IMG/VR virus record: IMGVR_UViG_3300015203_000008 | DNA: 64,000 nt | Strand: one strand, 5' to 3' | Source of the DNA: a virus | In this document: positions 8,213 to 18,530 of the stretch, piece by piece | Layout: each line of letters opens with the position of its first letter | Numbering within the stretch: position 1 is the stretch's first letter | The notes under the pieces: generated by a model | The model's database searches: none | Told to the model about the DNA's origin: nothing | The model's input: only the letters and a program-made list of their open reading frames with translations | Position numbers and translations under genes: made by a program

Positions 8213-11200
8213 GCGCCACGAAGCCTGTATCAGACAACCACCTCATCGACATGCTGCCAGTGCATCTGCCATGTGATCCGCGCTCCCCACGAGCGGAGTA
8301 CGATTCTTTGCTCAAATCGAAAGCCGTCATCGCGGTAGACCACGGATACGATGGCCCGGTCAAGATCAACAATGCGTTGACCGGGCGCTTCGGCTTCCAA
8401 GGCGATGTCGCCCGATGGGGAATCACAGGCGGCAACCGGGCCTACTTCCTATCCTTCGGAATGGGCAAGACAGTCATTCAGATTCAGACCCTTCTCTCGA
8501 TTCTGAAGGCGTTCCCCGGCGGCGACGCCTTGATCGTTTGCCCGCTCGGTGTGCGTGGCGAGTTCGTTCACGATGCCCTGAAGTTCTTCAAGTTGAAATT
8601 GGAGTACTTGCGGACAAACGCAGAATACGACGCTGCCTTGAAAGATCGCCCTAGCGTTGAATCGAAGCCGGGGCGAATTTACCTGACGAACTATGAGCGC
8701 GTGCGCGACGGTGACATCGATCCTAACCGGTTTGTGGCAGTGTCGCTAGACGAGGCGGCCGTGTTGAGATCCTTCGGCTCCAAGACCTACCAAACGTTCT
8801 TGACCTTGTTCGACAAGGTGCGCTTCAAGTTCGTCGCAACAGCCACCCCGAGTCCCAATAGATTCAAGGAGCTTATCCACTACGCTGCGTTCTTGGGCGT
8901 AATGGACAGCGGACAGGCCTTGACGCGCTTCTTCAAACGCGATTCGTCCCAAGCTGGAAACCTGACGATTCACCCGCACAAGGTCCGCGAGTTCCGGCTG
9001 TGGCTCGCAACCTGGGCTGTGTTCGTTCAGAAGCCGAGCGACATGTGCGACTCCCGCGGCGTCCCTTACTCCGATGAGGGCTACGACTTGCCGCCAGCGC
9101 GGATAACGAAACACCGACTGCCGGCGGATCACGCCACGGCCGGGTTTGATTCATGGGGCCAAGGGAAGCTCATCCGCGATGCGGCCACGTCGCTCCAAGA
9201 TGCGTCGAAGGAAAAGCGCGATTCCATCGGCGTGCGCGTTGCGCGCATGGTCGAGATCGTAAAGGGCTATCAGCAACCCGATGGGAGCTATCCGCAGTTC
9301 ATCGTCTGGTGTGAATTGAACGATGAGCAAGATGCTGTCGAACGGGCCCTGAAGGGTCTAGGAATCACGGTCTGTACCTTGCGCGGCGCCGATCGCGACG
9401 AAACGGATTACATGGAATCCGAGCTTCAACAGTGGAAAGACGGGAACCGCACGGCCTTTGTTAGCAAGCTCTCGATGTACGGCGCGGGCGTCAATTTCCA
9501 GCAGTGCCACATTTCTATCAACCTTGGACTGAATCACAAGTTCTATCAGTTCATCCAGGGAGTGATGCGCGTGCAACGCTTCGGCCAGCAGCACGAGGTA
9601 GACCTGCACCTCGTCTACACCGAAGCCGAAGACGGGATCTACGAAGATCTGATGGAGAAGTGGGAGCAACACAAAGAACTGCACTGCGAGATGGCTGCAA
9701 TCATCAAGGAGTATGGCTTGAGCAAGATCAAAATAGGAGCGGAAATGCAACGGTCAATCGGCGTCACTCGACAAGAGCACAAGGGCCAGTTGTTCACCTG
9801 CGTCAATAACGACTGCGTCGATGAAATGGACCGGCTGGCCGAAAACTCTGTCGGCTTGGCCGTCTCGAGTTGGCCTTTCTCGGATCACTACGAGTACACC
9901 GAGTCCTATGAGGACTTCGGCCACAACGACGGCGACCGCGGGTTCTTCGCGCAGATGGATCACCTGACACCCAAGGTTATCCGGGCTCTGCAGCCCGGGC
10001 GCATGTACTGCGTTCACGCGAAAGACCGGATCGTCTACGGATCCGTCTCCGGCGATGGCATGTACACAGTCAACCCTTTCAGCGATAAATGCGTTGCGCA
10101 CTGCATCAAGCACGGCCTGAGATTTTGCGGACGCATCACGGTCGTTACCGACGTCGTGCGCGAGAACGGGCAAACCTACCGTCTCGGCTGGTCTGAGAAC
10201 GCCAAGGACGGAACGAAGATGGGCGTGGGCAGTTCTGAATACGTGCTCCTATTCCGCAAGCTGCCATCCGACAAGGCGAACAGCTACGCCGATGTCCCGG
10301 TGGTCAAGTCGAAGGAAGACTACACCCGCGCGCGCTGGCAGTTTGATGCTCATGCCTTTTGGCGCAGCCGTGGCGATCGCTTCCTAACGCCGGAAGAAGT
10401 GGCGGGGATGCCGATGGATCAGGTACGGTCGTTCTGGAGGTCGTACACGGATCGCAAGGTCTACAATTTCGAGGAGCACGTTGAAGTGGCCAAGGCAATG
10501 GATAATCTTGGAATTTTGCCATCGTCGTTCATGGCTCTCGATGTCGTCAACCCCGGAGCGGGGAACGTTTGGGACGACATCACGCGGATGCGAACGCTGA
10601 ACACCGAGCAGGGCCGGAAGGGTTGGGAGCAGCACGTGTGCTTGGCGGTCGGATCGCTCGTGTTGACGAAAGAACGCGGATACGTTTCAATCCAAGATGT
10701 GCTCGTGGGCGAACATGCGCTTACGCACATGGGACGCTGGCGCGCCGTTCTGGCGGTGCAGAATACCGGCATTCGACCGGCAATTACAGTAAGGGCGCAA
10801 GGCGTTCCTGGACTGACATTGACGCCGGATCATAAACTCTGGTTGAGACAATCGAAGCGCGTTCGAGAGCGCGAAGGCGCGGAATACGCTGAACCTGAAT
10901 GGGTGGAGGCGAAAGACTCGCTCGTCGGTGGTTACGTCAATTTCAAACTGCCACCTGTTGACGAAGGGACGCCTCATAGCTTTCTAGACTGGTGGATTAT
11001 CGGCCGATGGCTGGCAGATGGGCACTGGGAAACTAGGGGCGGCATTTCGATTTCTTGCGGTCGTCACGAAACCGATACGCTGATCGAATCGCTACAGGGC
11101 CACGCAGGCGCGGTGAGGGACACCGGGACGTCACACCAGATAACTGTGACCAATTCCAAGACAATCCGGGACGTACTCCGCCATTGCGGGCATGGTGCAT

Positions 11201-11892
11201 CCGGCAAGCACCTGCCACCTGAAGCGTTCACGATGCCGACAGATGCCGCGCGCGCGCTTCTGACCGGCTACCTTTCCGGCGATGGTCATTTCGACCCGGA
11301 ACGGAATCGGTATTCGGCAAGCTCTGTAAGTAAGACTCTTGCTTTAGGCATAGCATTCTTAGCACAACGGGCATTCGGCGCGATCGCTAGTGTTTATGCA
11401 GGCAGGCCGGAGCGTGATTCGGAAATCGAAGGGCGTTCGGTCAAATGCAAGCAGGACTGGATTATTAGCTTCGATGTCGCGGCAGGAGATCGTTACAAGC
11501 AACCGTTTGTGCTCGCCGATGGCGCGTGGAAAAAGGTGCGCGGCCTAGAAGGCGCGGGCGAAGTGGAAACGTGGAATCTTCGAGTAGATGAAGACGAGAG
11601 CTTCACCGCTGAGGGGTGCATCGTCAAGAACTGCCCCCTGCAACTCGACATCGTAGAGCGCCTGATTGAGCGCTACTCGAATCCAGGAGACTTGGTCTTG
11701 GATATGTTCGGCGGGTTGGGCACCGTGGCTTACTGCGCGGTCTTGGCGGGACGCCGGGGATATTCGATTGAGTTGAGCGAGGGGTATTGGAAGGACAGCA
11801 TCTCCTACTGCCGAGCAGCGGAGCAAAAGGTTTCGATGCCGTCACTGTTCGATTCCCTACCAGAAGAACTTCTGGATTCGCGGGATCACTGA
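8209..11892 (+). CDS. SNF2-like helicase fused to a beta-class adenine/N4C DNA methyltransferase, interrupted by an intein
   Basis: FGMGKT, LDEAA, TATPSPN, GVNFQ, RVQRFGQ helicase motifs; SSWPF (SPPF-like motif IV) and DMFGGLGT (motif I). Confidence 0.9.
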   Translation: MSATKPVSDNHLIDMLPVHLPCDPRSPRAEYDSLLKSKAVIAVDHGYDGPVKINNALTGRFGFQGDVARWGITGGNRAYFLSFGMGKTVIQIQTLLSILKAFPGGDALIVCPLGVRGEFVHDALKFFKLKLEYLRTNAEYDAALKDRPSVESKPGRIYLTNYERVRDGDIDPNRFVAVSLDEAAVLRSFGSKTYQTFLTLFDKVRFKFVATATPSPNRFKELIHYAAFLGVMDSGQALTRFFKRDSSQAGNLTIHPHKVREFRLWLATWAVFVQKPSDMCDSRGVPYSDEGYDLPPARITKHRLPADHATAGFDSWGQGKLIRDAATSLQDASKEKRDSIGVRVARMVEIVKGYQQPDGSYPQFIVWCELNDEQDAVERALKGLGITVCTLRGADRDETDYMESELQQWKDGNRTAFVSKLSMYGAGVNFQQCHISINLGLNHKFYQFIQGVMRVQRFGQQHEVDLHLVYTEAEDGIYEDLMEKWEQHKELHCEMAAIIKEYGLSKIKIGAEMQRSIGVTRQEHKGQLFTCVNNDCVDEMDRLAENSVGLAVSSWPFSDHYEYTESYEDFGHNDGDRGFFAQMDHLTPKVIRALQPGRMYCVHAKDRIVYGSVSGDGMYTVNPFSDKCVAHCIKHGLRFCGRITVVTDVVRENGQTYRLGWSENAKDGTKMGVGSSEYVLLFRKLPSDKANSYADVPVVKSKEDYTRARWQFDAHAFWRSRGDRFLTPEEVAGMPMDQVRSFWRSYTDRKVYNFEEHVEVAKAMDNLGILPSSFMALDVVNPGAGNVWDDITRMRTLNTEQGRKGWEQHVCLAVGSLVLTKERGYVSIQDVLVGEHALTHMGRWRAVLAVQNTGIRPAITVRAQGVPGLTLTPDHKLWLRQSKRVREREGAEYAEPEWVEAKDSLVGGYVNFKLPPVDEGTPHSFLDWWIIGRWLADGHWETRGGISISCGRHETDTLIESLQGHAGAVRDTGTSHQITVTNSKTIRDVLRHCGHGASGKHLPPEAFTMPTDAARALLTGYLSGDGHFDPERNRYSASSVSKTLALGIAFLAQRAFGAIASVYAGRPERDSEIEGRSVKCKQDWIISFDVAAGDRYKQPFVLADGAWKKVRGLEGAGEVETWNLRVDEDESFTAEGCIVKNCPLQLDIVERLIERYSNPGDLVLDMFGGLGTVAYCAVLAGRRGYSIELSEGYWKDSISYCRAAEQKVSMPSLFDSLPEELLDSRDH
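10639..11631 (+). mobile_element. Intein (331 aa) with a LAGLIDADG-type endonuclease
   Basis: Starts CLAVGSLV, block B LTPDHKL, GRWLADGH and LLTGYLSGDGH, ends FTAEGCIVKN; +1 Cys; excision restores HV-CPLQLD. Confidence 0.9.
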
Positions 11893-11994
11893 CGAAGCTA
11901 CAGGCCCTTGCACAATTCGCCAAGTTGAATGGCACGCACCAGGCTTGTGACATCGCCAGCGTGTTCTTGAATCCAGAATATCCATGAGGGACGC

Positions 11995-13509
11995 CTACCG
12001 CCTCCGGTAGCTGATCGGGCGTCCTTCGTCTTGCATTGCGGCTCGTTCTTCCCGTAGCCGGATGGCTCGCGACGTCGGGTCCACGTCCTTCAGTTCCGCA
12101 GCAATTCGTTTCAAGCGAACGTCGTTCGGCTCACGCGCCGGCCGGAAGTAGCTGTAGTACGGATACCGTAGAACACCATCCCAGGTATCATCGAGGGAGT
12201 CGCCAACGTCTTTCCGGACTTTGCGGGAGTCGTCGGGGTCAATCTGGCGGGTCTGCAAACAGCGTATTGCCTCTTTGCAATTGTCGGCTATGAGCAAGTC
12301 GCTATTGTCTAGGCCGGAATACACCAAGAGCGCTCCACCGGCGCGATCGTTAGACGCTTCTTCCCATCCGAACCCAGACCCATCAATCATTTGATCCGCA
12401 ATCGTATGCTGATCGTCTCGGACAGACCATGAGTCAGGCCCTAGATACCCCGTGAGGACACGTCTCGTCTTGCCGTCTGACGCATCTAACCATCGCTTCT
12501 TAAGGCTGCGACCGAAGGCGTCAGGAGCTTCATTTCTGGCCACGTACTCGTCAATCAGAATCGAACAAGGTCTAGGGTTAGGATTCAAGGTCGAAGGCGG
12601 CGGCGCTGGCCTTCTCACCCACAATCCAGCCGCAGCAGCCGATCCGCGAAATCCATAATCCGCGCCCATCCAATGATTCCACCACCATTCATCCCCGACC
12701 TTCTGCCGCGGAATCACCATCGTCCTGATATCGAAGTTGCTGAAGTAGTTTCCTTCCAGAGAGAGCCAGCAACCTTCTTTGAGCTTCTTGCGGTCGGCGG
12801 CCGTCAGAGTCGCCAGCGTTTCCGTTTCATAGTTCGGCAGGAGGTTGTGATCCGACAACTTGCCGGGAATGAAGCACGTGCTCATGCCGATCTGGTGGCG
12901 ATCGCTTTCCCACTCCGCATTCCGGTAGATCTGGTACGGCTCTCGGGTCAGCCGGTTCCCTTGCTCATCCCTTTCGATTGTGCAGTGATGGCAGCCAGGT
13001 CCAATGAAAGCGTGCTTCATGAAACTAACGCCCGGGCCGTTGGGGTTTGTATACAGGCGCACGCGCAAGCGGTTTTGAAGCGAAGGATCTGAGGTTCGAT
13101 TACGGGCGATCAGCCATCGAATAGGCTTCTCAACGAACATGCCCGCTTCGTCTCCGCCCATGTAGTCAAATTCCCAGCTCTGCCACTGGTAGATGCCCTT
13201 ATCGTCTTTCCCGGCGCCGGTCATGTAAACACGCATCCCTGACGGGAAAATGTAGTGACGGTTGTAGGTTCCGCCGCGCGGCTCTGCCCCAAACTGGCGA
13301 TAGAGTTCGTCGCCGCGTTCGATCATTTGCAACATTTCTTTGGAGGTTTTACGAAATAGGAGGGATTTGGCGCGGGGGTTCTCGCGATACTTGATCGCGT
13401 CCATCAGAGCTGTTTCCGTCTTTAGGGCCCCAGCGGCTCCGCCAAATAGCAGAAAGCGCGCAGGGCATTCGAGAGCTTGGCGTTGCGGCCAGCTTTTGGG
13501 TACCCACAT
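11995..13509 (-). CDS. terL: Terminase large subunit
   Basis: PQRQAL, LLFGGAAGALKT, Walker B GGDEAG, YTNPNGPG, GADYG and DDTWDG nuclease motifs. Confidence 0.92.
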   Translation of the reverse strand: MWVPKSWPQRQALECPARFLLFGGAAGALKTETALMDAIKYRENPRAKSLLFRKTSKEMLQMIERGDELYRQFGAEPRGGTYNRHYIFPSGMRVYMTGAGKDDKGIYQWQSWEFDYMGGDEAGMFVEKPIRWLIARNRTSDPSLQNRLRVRLYTNPNGPGVSFMKHAFIGPGCHHCTIERDEQGNRLTREPYQIYRNAEWESDRHQIGMSTCFIPGKLSDHNLLPNYETETLATLTAADRKKLKEGCWLSLEGNYFSNFDIRTMVIPRQKVGDEWWWNHWMGADYGFRGSAAAAGLWVRRPAPPPSTLNPNPRPCSILIDEYVARNEAPDAFGRSLKKRWLDASDGKTRRVLTGYLGPDSWSVRDDQHTIADQMIDGSGFGWEEASNDRAGGALLVYSGLDNSDLLIADNCKEAIRCLQTRQIDPDDSRKVRKDVGDSLDDTWDGVLRYPYYSYFRPAREPNDVRLKRIAAELKDVDPTSRAIRLREERAAMQDEGRPISYRRR

Positions 13510-13512
13510 GGG

Positions 13513-14094
13513 CTATTGTTCCTTGCGGCTCGCTAGCGGCAGCGCATTGATTGCGATCTTCTCGCCATGCTTCGATTCACGTGTCCAATCCGCTTCGGTG
13601 GGGTTGCCTGGAACGTATCCGACAGTTTGACGCATCTCGATTGTCTGATCGTTGGCTTCAGCCGGTGGGAGGACGGGCGGCGGTTCTTTGTAATAAGACG
13701 AATGCCCGAGTTGGCTAGCGGCCAGAGCCTTGATGATCCCGCCGCACGAATCGACGTGCTTCAGGAGACGGTCTGACATTCTGTCACTGACGTTCAACCT
13801 GACCTTTTTAGCTCCGCGCTCAATCAACGCTCGGTTGTGGACTTCCAGTTGATTCAAGGCAGCCACCGATTGGTTGATGAAGTCGTAGCAGCGCATCTCG
13901 CATTCGTAGATCGCCTTTTCGAGGTTGGCTACGCGCTCAGCGCGCAGGTCTGGAATCTCAATCGGGGGGATGATGATCACCAGCGGCTTATGGTTCTGGT
14001 CGCGCTTATCGGAGCGGATGCGGTTGCGCGGCGGCTTCCCTTGGCCTCGTCTATGGGCGGCTGCGGCTATCGCACTTTTGGTTCTGGGGGACAT
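13513..14094 (-). CDS. Hypothetical protein, candidate terminase small subunit
   Basis: Lies directly upstream of terL; basic N-terminus and helical core; call by position only. Confidence 0.45.
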   Translation of the reverse strand: MSPRTKSAIAAAAHRRGQGKPPRNRIRSDKRDQNHKPLVIIIPPIEIPDLRAERVANLEKAIYECEMRCYDFINQSVAALNQLEVHNRALIERGAKKVRLNVSDRMSDRLLKHVDSCGGIIKALAASQLGHSSYYKEPPPVLPPAEANDQTIEMRQTVGYVPGNPTEADWTRESKHGEKIAINALPLASRKEQ

Positions 14095-17000
14095 CAGTTT
14101 CCTAGTTGGCCCAAGGTCCCGCCATACCCATTTACTTTGCCGGGCGGATTGGAATTGCCGGCTGGCTGTTGAGGTAAGCTCGGGTTCCCTCGAGGACTCG
14201 GTCCTTGGACTCCGGGGAAAGCTTCTGATACGGCGTCCCGGACTGCTTTGTAAGCTGAGGCTTTGACGGCATTGGGTTCCTTCCCGTTCGCGAGTTCTGA
14301 GGCTGCATGGTTCAGCGCGTCCGACACCGGACCTACCCCCGAACTGAGACGATTATATAACTCTTCGACCTGTGCCGCCTCTTGAGAAATTTTCTGACTC
14401 TCGCCAACGTTGATGACGTTGCCGCCGCGGGCTAGTTCTTCGGCGCGTCCTCCCTTCGCAACAAAACCGAATAGGCGTCGATCTTTGGCGAGTTGGTCTT
14501 TGATGTAGCTCGAGACTTCAGCTTTCTCGATCGCCAGATTGCGAGTCTGTTCCTGCGCGCCGAATAGAGATTCTTGCGTCGAGGTCTGCTGTCCGGCTTC
14601 GCGGACGAATCGGGCAAGCTCGGACACCGTTCCCTCGTTGACGGTCTTTCCGCGTTTCTCCGCTTCGCCGATCATTTTCAGAATAGACCACTGCTGCGCG
14701 GCGTCCGCCGTGGCTTCGCCGATTGCGATCGCGCGAGACACCGGCAAGTTTCCAGTGCTGACAAGGTGAAAGATTGGGTCATCCAATCGGGCGAGCGCCA
14801 TACCATCCTGCGCGACAGCCTCCCGCAGACGGATGCCTTTCGCTCTGAGATCATCCGCGGTGAGTCCTGAGTCTCGAAAGAACTTGGCGGCGTCGACGGG
14901 CGTGCCCTGTCCTTCGGCGATGTTCTGAAGCGCGCCGGTTGAGCGTGCATCTGCTGCATTCGCCGCGGGAATGCTGTTGACGTTGACCGAATCTGCTCCC
15001 GTGCGCTTGGCGAGGTCTAGGCGGTGATGCCCGTTAACGACGTAGGTCTTGCCGTCCGCCGGATCGGTCCACACGGACACCACGCCTGCGAGTTCTGGGT
15101 TGTACTTGCTCACGTCCTTCAGCTTGTTTGAAACACCCGCCTCACCGGTTCCGGCTTTGTACTGGAATCGATCTGGGTCAGCCGAGATATCCTGAACTCG
15201 CATCTTGCCGACGCTGCCTGGCGGCGGAGGTTGGTTCGGCATCCCTTCGGGCACTGCGGCGGCCTGCGGCGGCGCGGCGGGGCCTTTCGGAACCTCTGGC
15301 AACTGCCCTAAAGCCTGCCCTTGGCTCGGAGGACCGCCAGACGTTGCTTGCGCCGGTCCACGAACCGCTGTGGGCGCTTGAATCGGCGCTGGGGCTTGCG
15401 TTGGGCCATTTGGCACCTCTGGGGCTAGGATTGGTGAAGCTGGAGCATTAGGATTGCCCTGTGTGGGAGCACGCGGCGAAGGAGGTGGCAATTGCCCAAG
15501 GGGTTGCGGTGGGGCCGCGCCGGGACCGGCTGGCCCTCCGCTGGCGATTTCCCCGACTCCTTTAGCCGCTGGTTGCGGTCCTGTAGGCTTCGGACGTGCC
15601 GCAGCTTTGGCCGATGCTTCAAGGCGAGCTATCTGGCCCGGGCGAAGGTTTTCAATCCCAGCATCAAGTAGCTTGGCCGTGGCCGGATCCGCGCGAAGTC
15701 GTTCCTTCACGCCGGGAATTTCCAAAGCCTTAGCGAGTGCCGATGGGACTTGGGGTGCTGGTTCCGATGGGGCTGAGACTTCACCGCGCGCTGTGAGGCG
15801 CACAGGTTCACCGTCACGCAGCACCCATGATTCAACCTGCTTCGTTTCAGGATTCTCGAAACGATGGATGGTTTCTTCGCCCTGCTTGAAAAGCTCCTTG
15901 GGAGGCGTCCAACCTTCGGGCGTGAGTTTTCCGGGCCGCGTAGCATCGTAGGCGATCTTATTCTCAAGGGTGGCATTCGGCTGGGCGGCAGGCGCGCCAC
16001 GATCACCGAGGCGCTGCGCTCCGGGCAACCGAGAATCAGGGGGTGGCGTTGACGGCGTTGCGGTGCGTTGCGGTGCCCCCGCCGGATCATAGATACGGTT
16101 GGGCGATCCCGATGGAGCGACCGGGGAATCGAGCATCGGCTCATCAGCGTGATAGACGCCGCGCTCTGGCGTCCCGAACTGGCCCAATCGCTGGCGGCCG
16201 GCGAGGGTTTGCTCTGCTGTTGGCTGTGGCGATCCGGCAGGCTCAGGAGCGTGCAATGGCTGTTCTTCCGCAGGAGTGCTCGCCAGCGTGCGCGCTTCCT
16301 CCTCAGTCAATCCACGGCGCATGTAGTCGAGTACTCGTCCGGCGAAGTCGCGCGCTCCGGTGGTGGGGCTACCTTCCGCGCCACGAATGAGGCGTCCGCT
16401 CGCGTCTTGTGACCACGTTGGATGGTCAATGGAATCGGCTGTGGCGGCTGCCTTGCGGCGTTCCCAGAAAAAGGGGTCAGAAGGCGAACCATCAGCGTTG
16501 CGCATGGCCGCCGGAACATTGGGCGCTTCGGCGCGCGCGGGTTGATCTGCAAATCGGCCGGCGGTGGGGGTATTAGCGACTTCGGGACGGGCGCCGATCG
16601 GCCCGGCATTGACCTCGCGGGAGAATCGGGCGTCGGGGAGGGTGGTAACTGGAACTTCCGCGCGGGACGGCAGGCTCACATTCTGGCCAGGCGCTTGTGG
16701 GCGGCGTCCCGTCGCTACAGGTCCGACGGTTCCGGGGTTCCGCAGGTTGGCAGCAACTTCTGGCGGAATTTCAGGCCGCGTCGCGGGTCCAATTTCGATC
16801 TTGCGTAGGGCATTGGCGAGCGTGATGTCCGGGTGGGTCATCTCCGGCGGGAAGAACTTACTTCCAACAACGTCTCCGAGGGCAGCACCGACCGGCGCGG
16901 CTACGGCTGAACCGACAACGCCCAACGGAGATCCAAGAGCAGCGCCAGCAGCAGCTCCCGCTCCAGTCGCGACATTCCTACCTACCGAACGCTCTGTCGA

Positions 17001-18530
17001 TGGAGTTGGGTTCGTCACATCCGCGCGGTCGGCGGCGTGCGCCGCGGCGCGGCGAAGTGCCGCGGTCCTCCCTGCGCGCTGATCCGACGCTAGAAATTGA
17101 TCGCCTTGACCATCTCCGAGGTGCTGATCGATGAGATCTTTAATGCCCCCTTGGAGGTGAGAGGAAACATCGTTGGCGATCGTGGCGAGGTTTGAATCGT
17201 GCATCCCAACAGGATTATCGTGCATCGGCTGAGCGATGGCGTTGAGGCGCGCTTTCAATGGGAATGCGTCACCGGCGGAAATCTCGCCTGTCTTCAACGC
17301 CTTTCGCACAATGGCGGCCGATTCTGGTTCTGCAAGGCTGGTAGTCGTATCTCCGAATAGATGCTCCAATTGGGGCCGAACCGCTTCAATCGAAATCGGC
17401 TCGTTCCCAACTTGGTTGACCCAGTTCGCCTTTGTCAATTCGTAGTGTTGGGCGGCTTGATCCGCGAGAGCATCGTGGATGCGGCGGGTTGCGCCCGCTT
17501 CCTGCCCAGGTTCCCCGATCACATCTTTGAGCGTACCGTCTGCGGCCATCTGGTTGACAGCTTCGCGTAGCGTCGGCGCAGCGTCGGCCTTGAGAGCCTT
17601 CGCGAGCTTTTCCTTGCCGAGAACGCCGACAGCTTCGTTGGTTCCGGCTAGCGTAGCGGTCTTGGTAGCTTCAGCGGCCTTTGCGGTTTTCGCGGCGGTA
17701 CGCGCTGCGCGGGCGTCTCCTACTGTGTCCGCGACAGCGCGCGCGCCGGCGGCGACCTTTCCGGGCAACTCGCTGATGGGTCCGTTAGCAGCGGCAACGG
17801 GACTGAGCGCACCACCCGCTCCAAATGCGACCCCGCCAGCAGCTTGAAGGTTTCTTTGTAAGGTATCGGCATCCGTTTCTCCCGGACGCGCCCCGCCAAA
17901 TTCTGTCGCGGCATTAGCCGCGAAGGTTGCACCTGCCACTGGACCCGCCACCTTCATGGCCGTGCCGACCTTTGGGGCCGCATTGATGAGTTTCCCGGTA
18001 GTGGACGCCAGTTCCGCCGCGCGCGCCGCCGCTGCGGTGTTGCCAGCAGCAGCAGCAACTTTACCCGCCCGTGCCATGTTCGCCGCTTGAAGCGCTTTGC
18101 CAGCACCTACTCCCGTCGCCATCAGAGCAACCGAAGCCGGGGAAGTGAAGCTGCTGCCAACGCCTGCGGTGTCTTGGAGTGAACCACGGAAAAACTCGCG
18201 CATCGCAGCGTGCGACGGCGTTTCCCCTTCGTAGGGAGACATCTCTTTGTCGAAGTCTTCGGAGCTCATCCCGGTCGCCGCATTGACGAGATGCTCCTTG
18301 GTGATTAGGCCGCGATTCATCCAGTCCCAAGCGCTTTTCAGGAGTCCGGGCTTCTCTTGCTCCTTCGGTTTGTCTGGCGCGGTCTGCCCGGTCGCGCCAG
18401 CCTTTTTCGCCAGCGCGTCGTAATCAACAGCCGGAGCTGGCGCAAGAGTCGAACCGGTAGCCCCCGCTTTCTTGGCGAGAGCATCGTAGTCAATAGTCTG
18501 CGGATCGGTTTCCAGTTCGGCTACCGGCAT
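14094..18530 (-). CDS. Large internal virion/ejection protein with a C-terminal ParB-like domain
   Basis: 1478 aa, Ala/Pro/Gly-rich; duplicated N-terminal DYDALAKKAGATG; DPDRFQYK...YVVNGHHRL ParB-like motif. Confidence 0.72.
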   Translation of the reverse strand: MPVAELETDPQTIDYDALAKKAGATGSTLAPAPAVDYDALAKKAGATGQTAPDKPKEQEKPGLLKSAWDWMNRGLITKEHLVNAATGMSSEDFDKEMSPYEGETPSHAAMREFFRGSLQDTAGVGSSFTSPASVALMATGVGAGKALQAANMARAGKVAAAAGNTAAAARAAELASTTGKLINAAPKVGTAMKVAGPVAGATFAANAATEFGGARPGETDADTLQRNLQAAGGVAFGAGGALSPVAAANGPISELPGKVAAGARAVADTVGDARAARTAAKTAKAAEATKTATLAGTNEAVGVLGKEKLAKALKADAAPTLREAVNQMAADGTLKDVIGEPGQEAGATRRIHDALADQAAQHYELTKANWVNQVGNEPISIEAVRPQLEHLFGDTTTSLAEPESAAIVRKALKTGEISAGDAFPLKARLNAIAQPMHDNPVGMHDSNLATIANDVSSHLQGGIKDLIDQHLGDGQGDQFLASDQRAGRTAALRRAAAHAADRADVTNPTPSTERSVGRNVATGAGAAAGAALGSPLGVVGSAVAAPVGAALGDVVGSKFFPPEMTHPDITLANALRKIEIGPATRPEIPPEVAANLRNPGTVGPVATGRRPQAPGQNVSLPSRAEVPVTTLPDARFSREVNAGPIGARPEVANTPTAGRFADQPARAEAPNVPAAMRNADGSPSDPFFWERRKAAATADSIDHPTWSQDASGRLIRGAEGSPTTGARDFAGRVLDYMRRGLTEEEARTLASTPAEEQPLHAPEPAGSPQPTAEQTLAGRQRLGQFGTPERGVYHADEPMLDSPVAPSGSPNRIYDPAGAPQRTATPSTPPPDSRLPGAQRLGDRGAPAAQPNATLENKIAYDATRPGKLTPEGWTPPKELFKQGEETIHRFENPETKQVESWVLRDGEPVRLTARGEVSAPSEPAPQVPSALAKALEIPGVKERLRADPATAKLLDAGIENLRPGQIARLEASAKAAARPKPTGPQPAAKGVGEIASGGPAGPGAAPPQPLGQLPPPSPRAPTQGNPNAPASPILAPEVPNGPTQAPAPIQAPTAVRGPAQATSGGPPSQGQALGQLPEVPKGPAAPPQAAAVPEGMPNQPPPPGSVGKMRVQDISADPDRFQYKAGTGEAGVSNKLKDVSKYNPELAGVVSVWTDPADGKTYVVNGHHRLDLAKRTGADSVNVNSIPAANAADARSTGALQNIAEGQGTPVDAAKFFRDSGLTADDLRAKGIRLREAVAQDGMALARLDDPIFHLVSTGNLPVSRAIAIGEATADAAQQWSILKMIGEAEKRGKTVNEGTVSELARFVREAGQQTSTQESLFGAQEQTRNLAIEKAEVSSYIKDQLAKDRRLFGFVAKGGRAEELARGGNVINVGESQKISQEAAQVEELYNRLSSGVGPVSDALNHAASELANGKEPNAVKASAYKAVRDAVSEAFPGVQGPSPRGNPSLPQQPAGNSNPPGKVNGYGGTLGQLGN

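Noticed and set aside
11930-11945. TGGCACG-N4-AGGC sigma54-like motif in the convergent gap, within an imperfect hairpin
   Set aside because: The -12 element lacks TT and it would point antisense into terL; too weak to call
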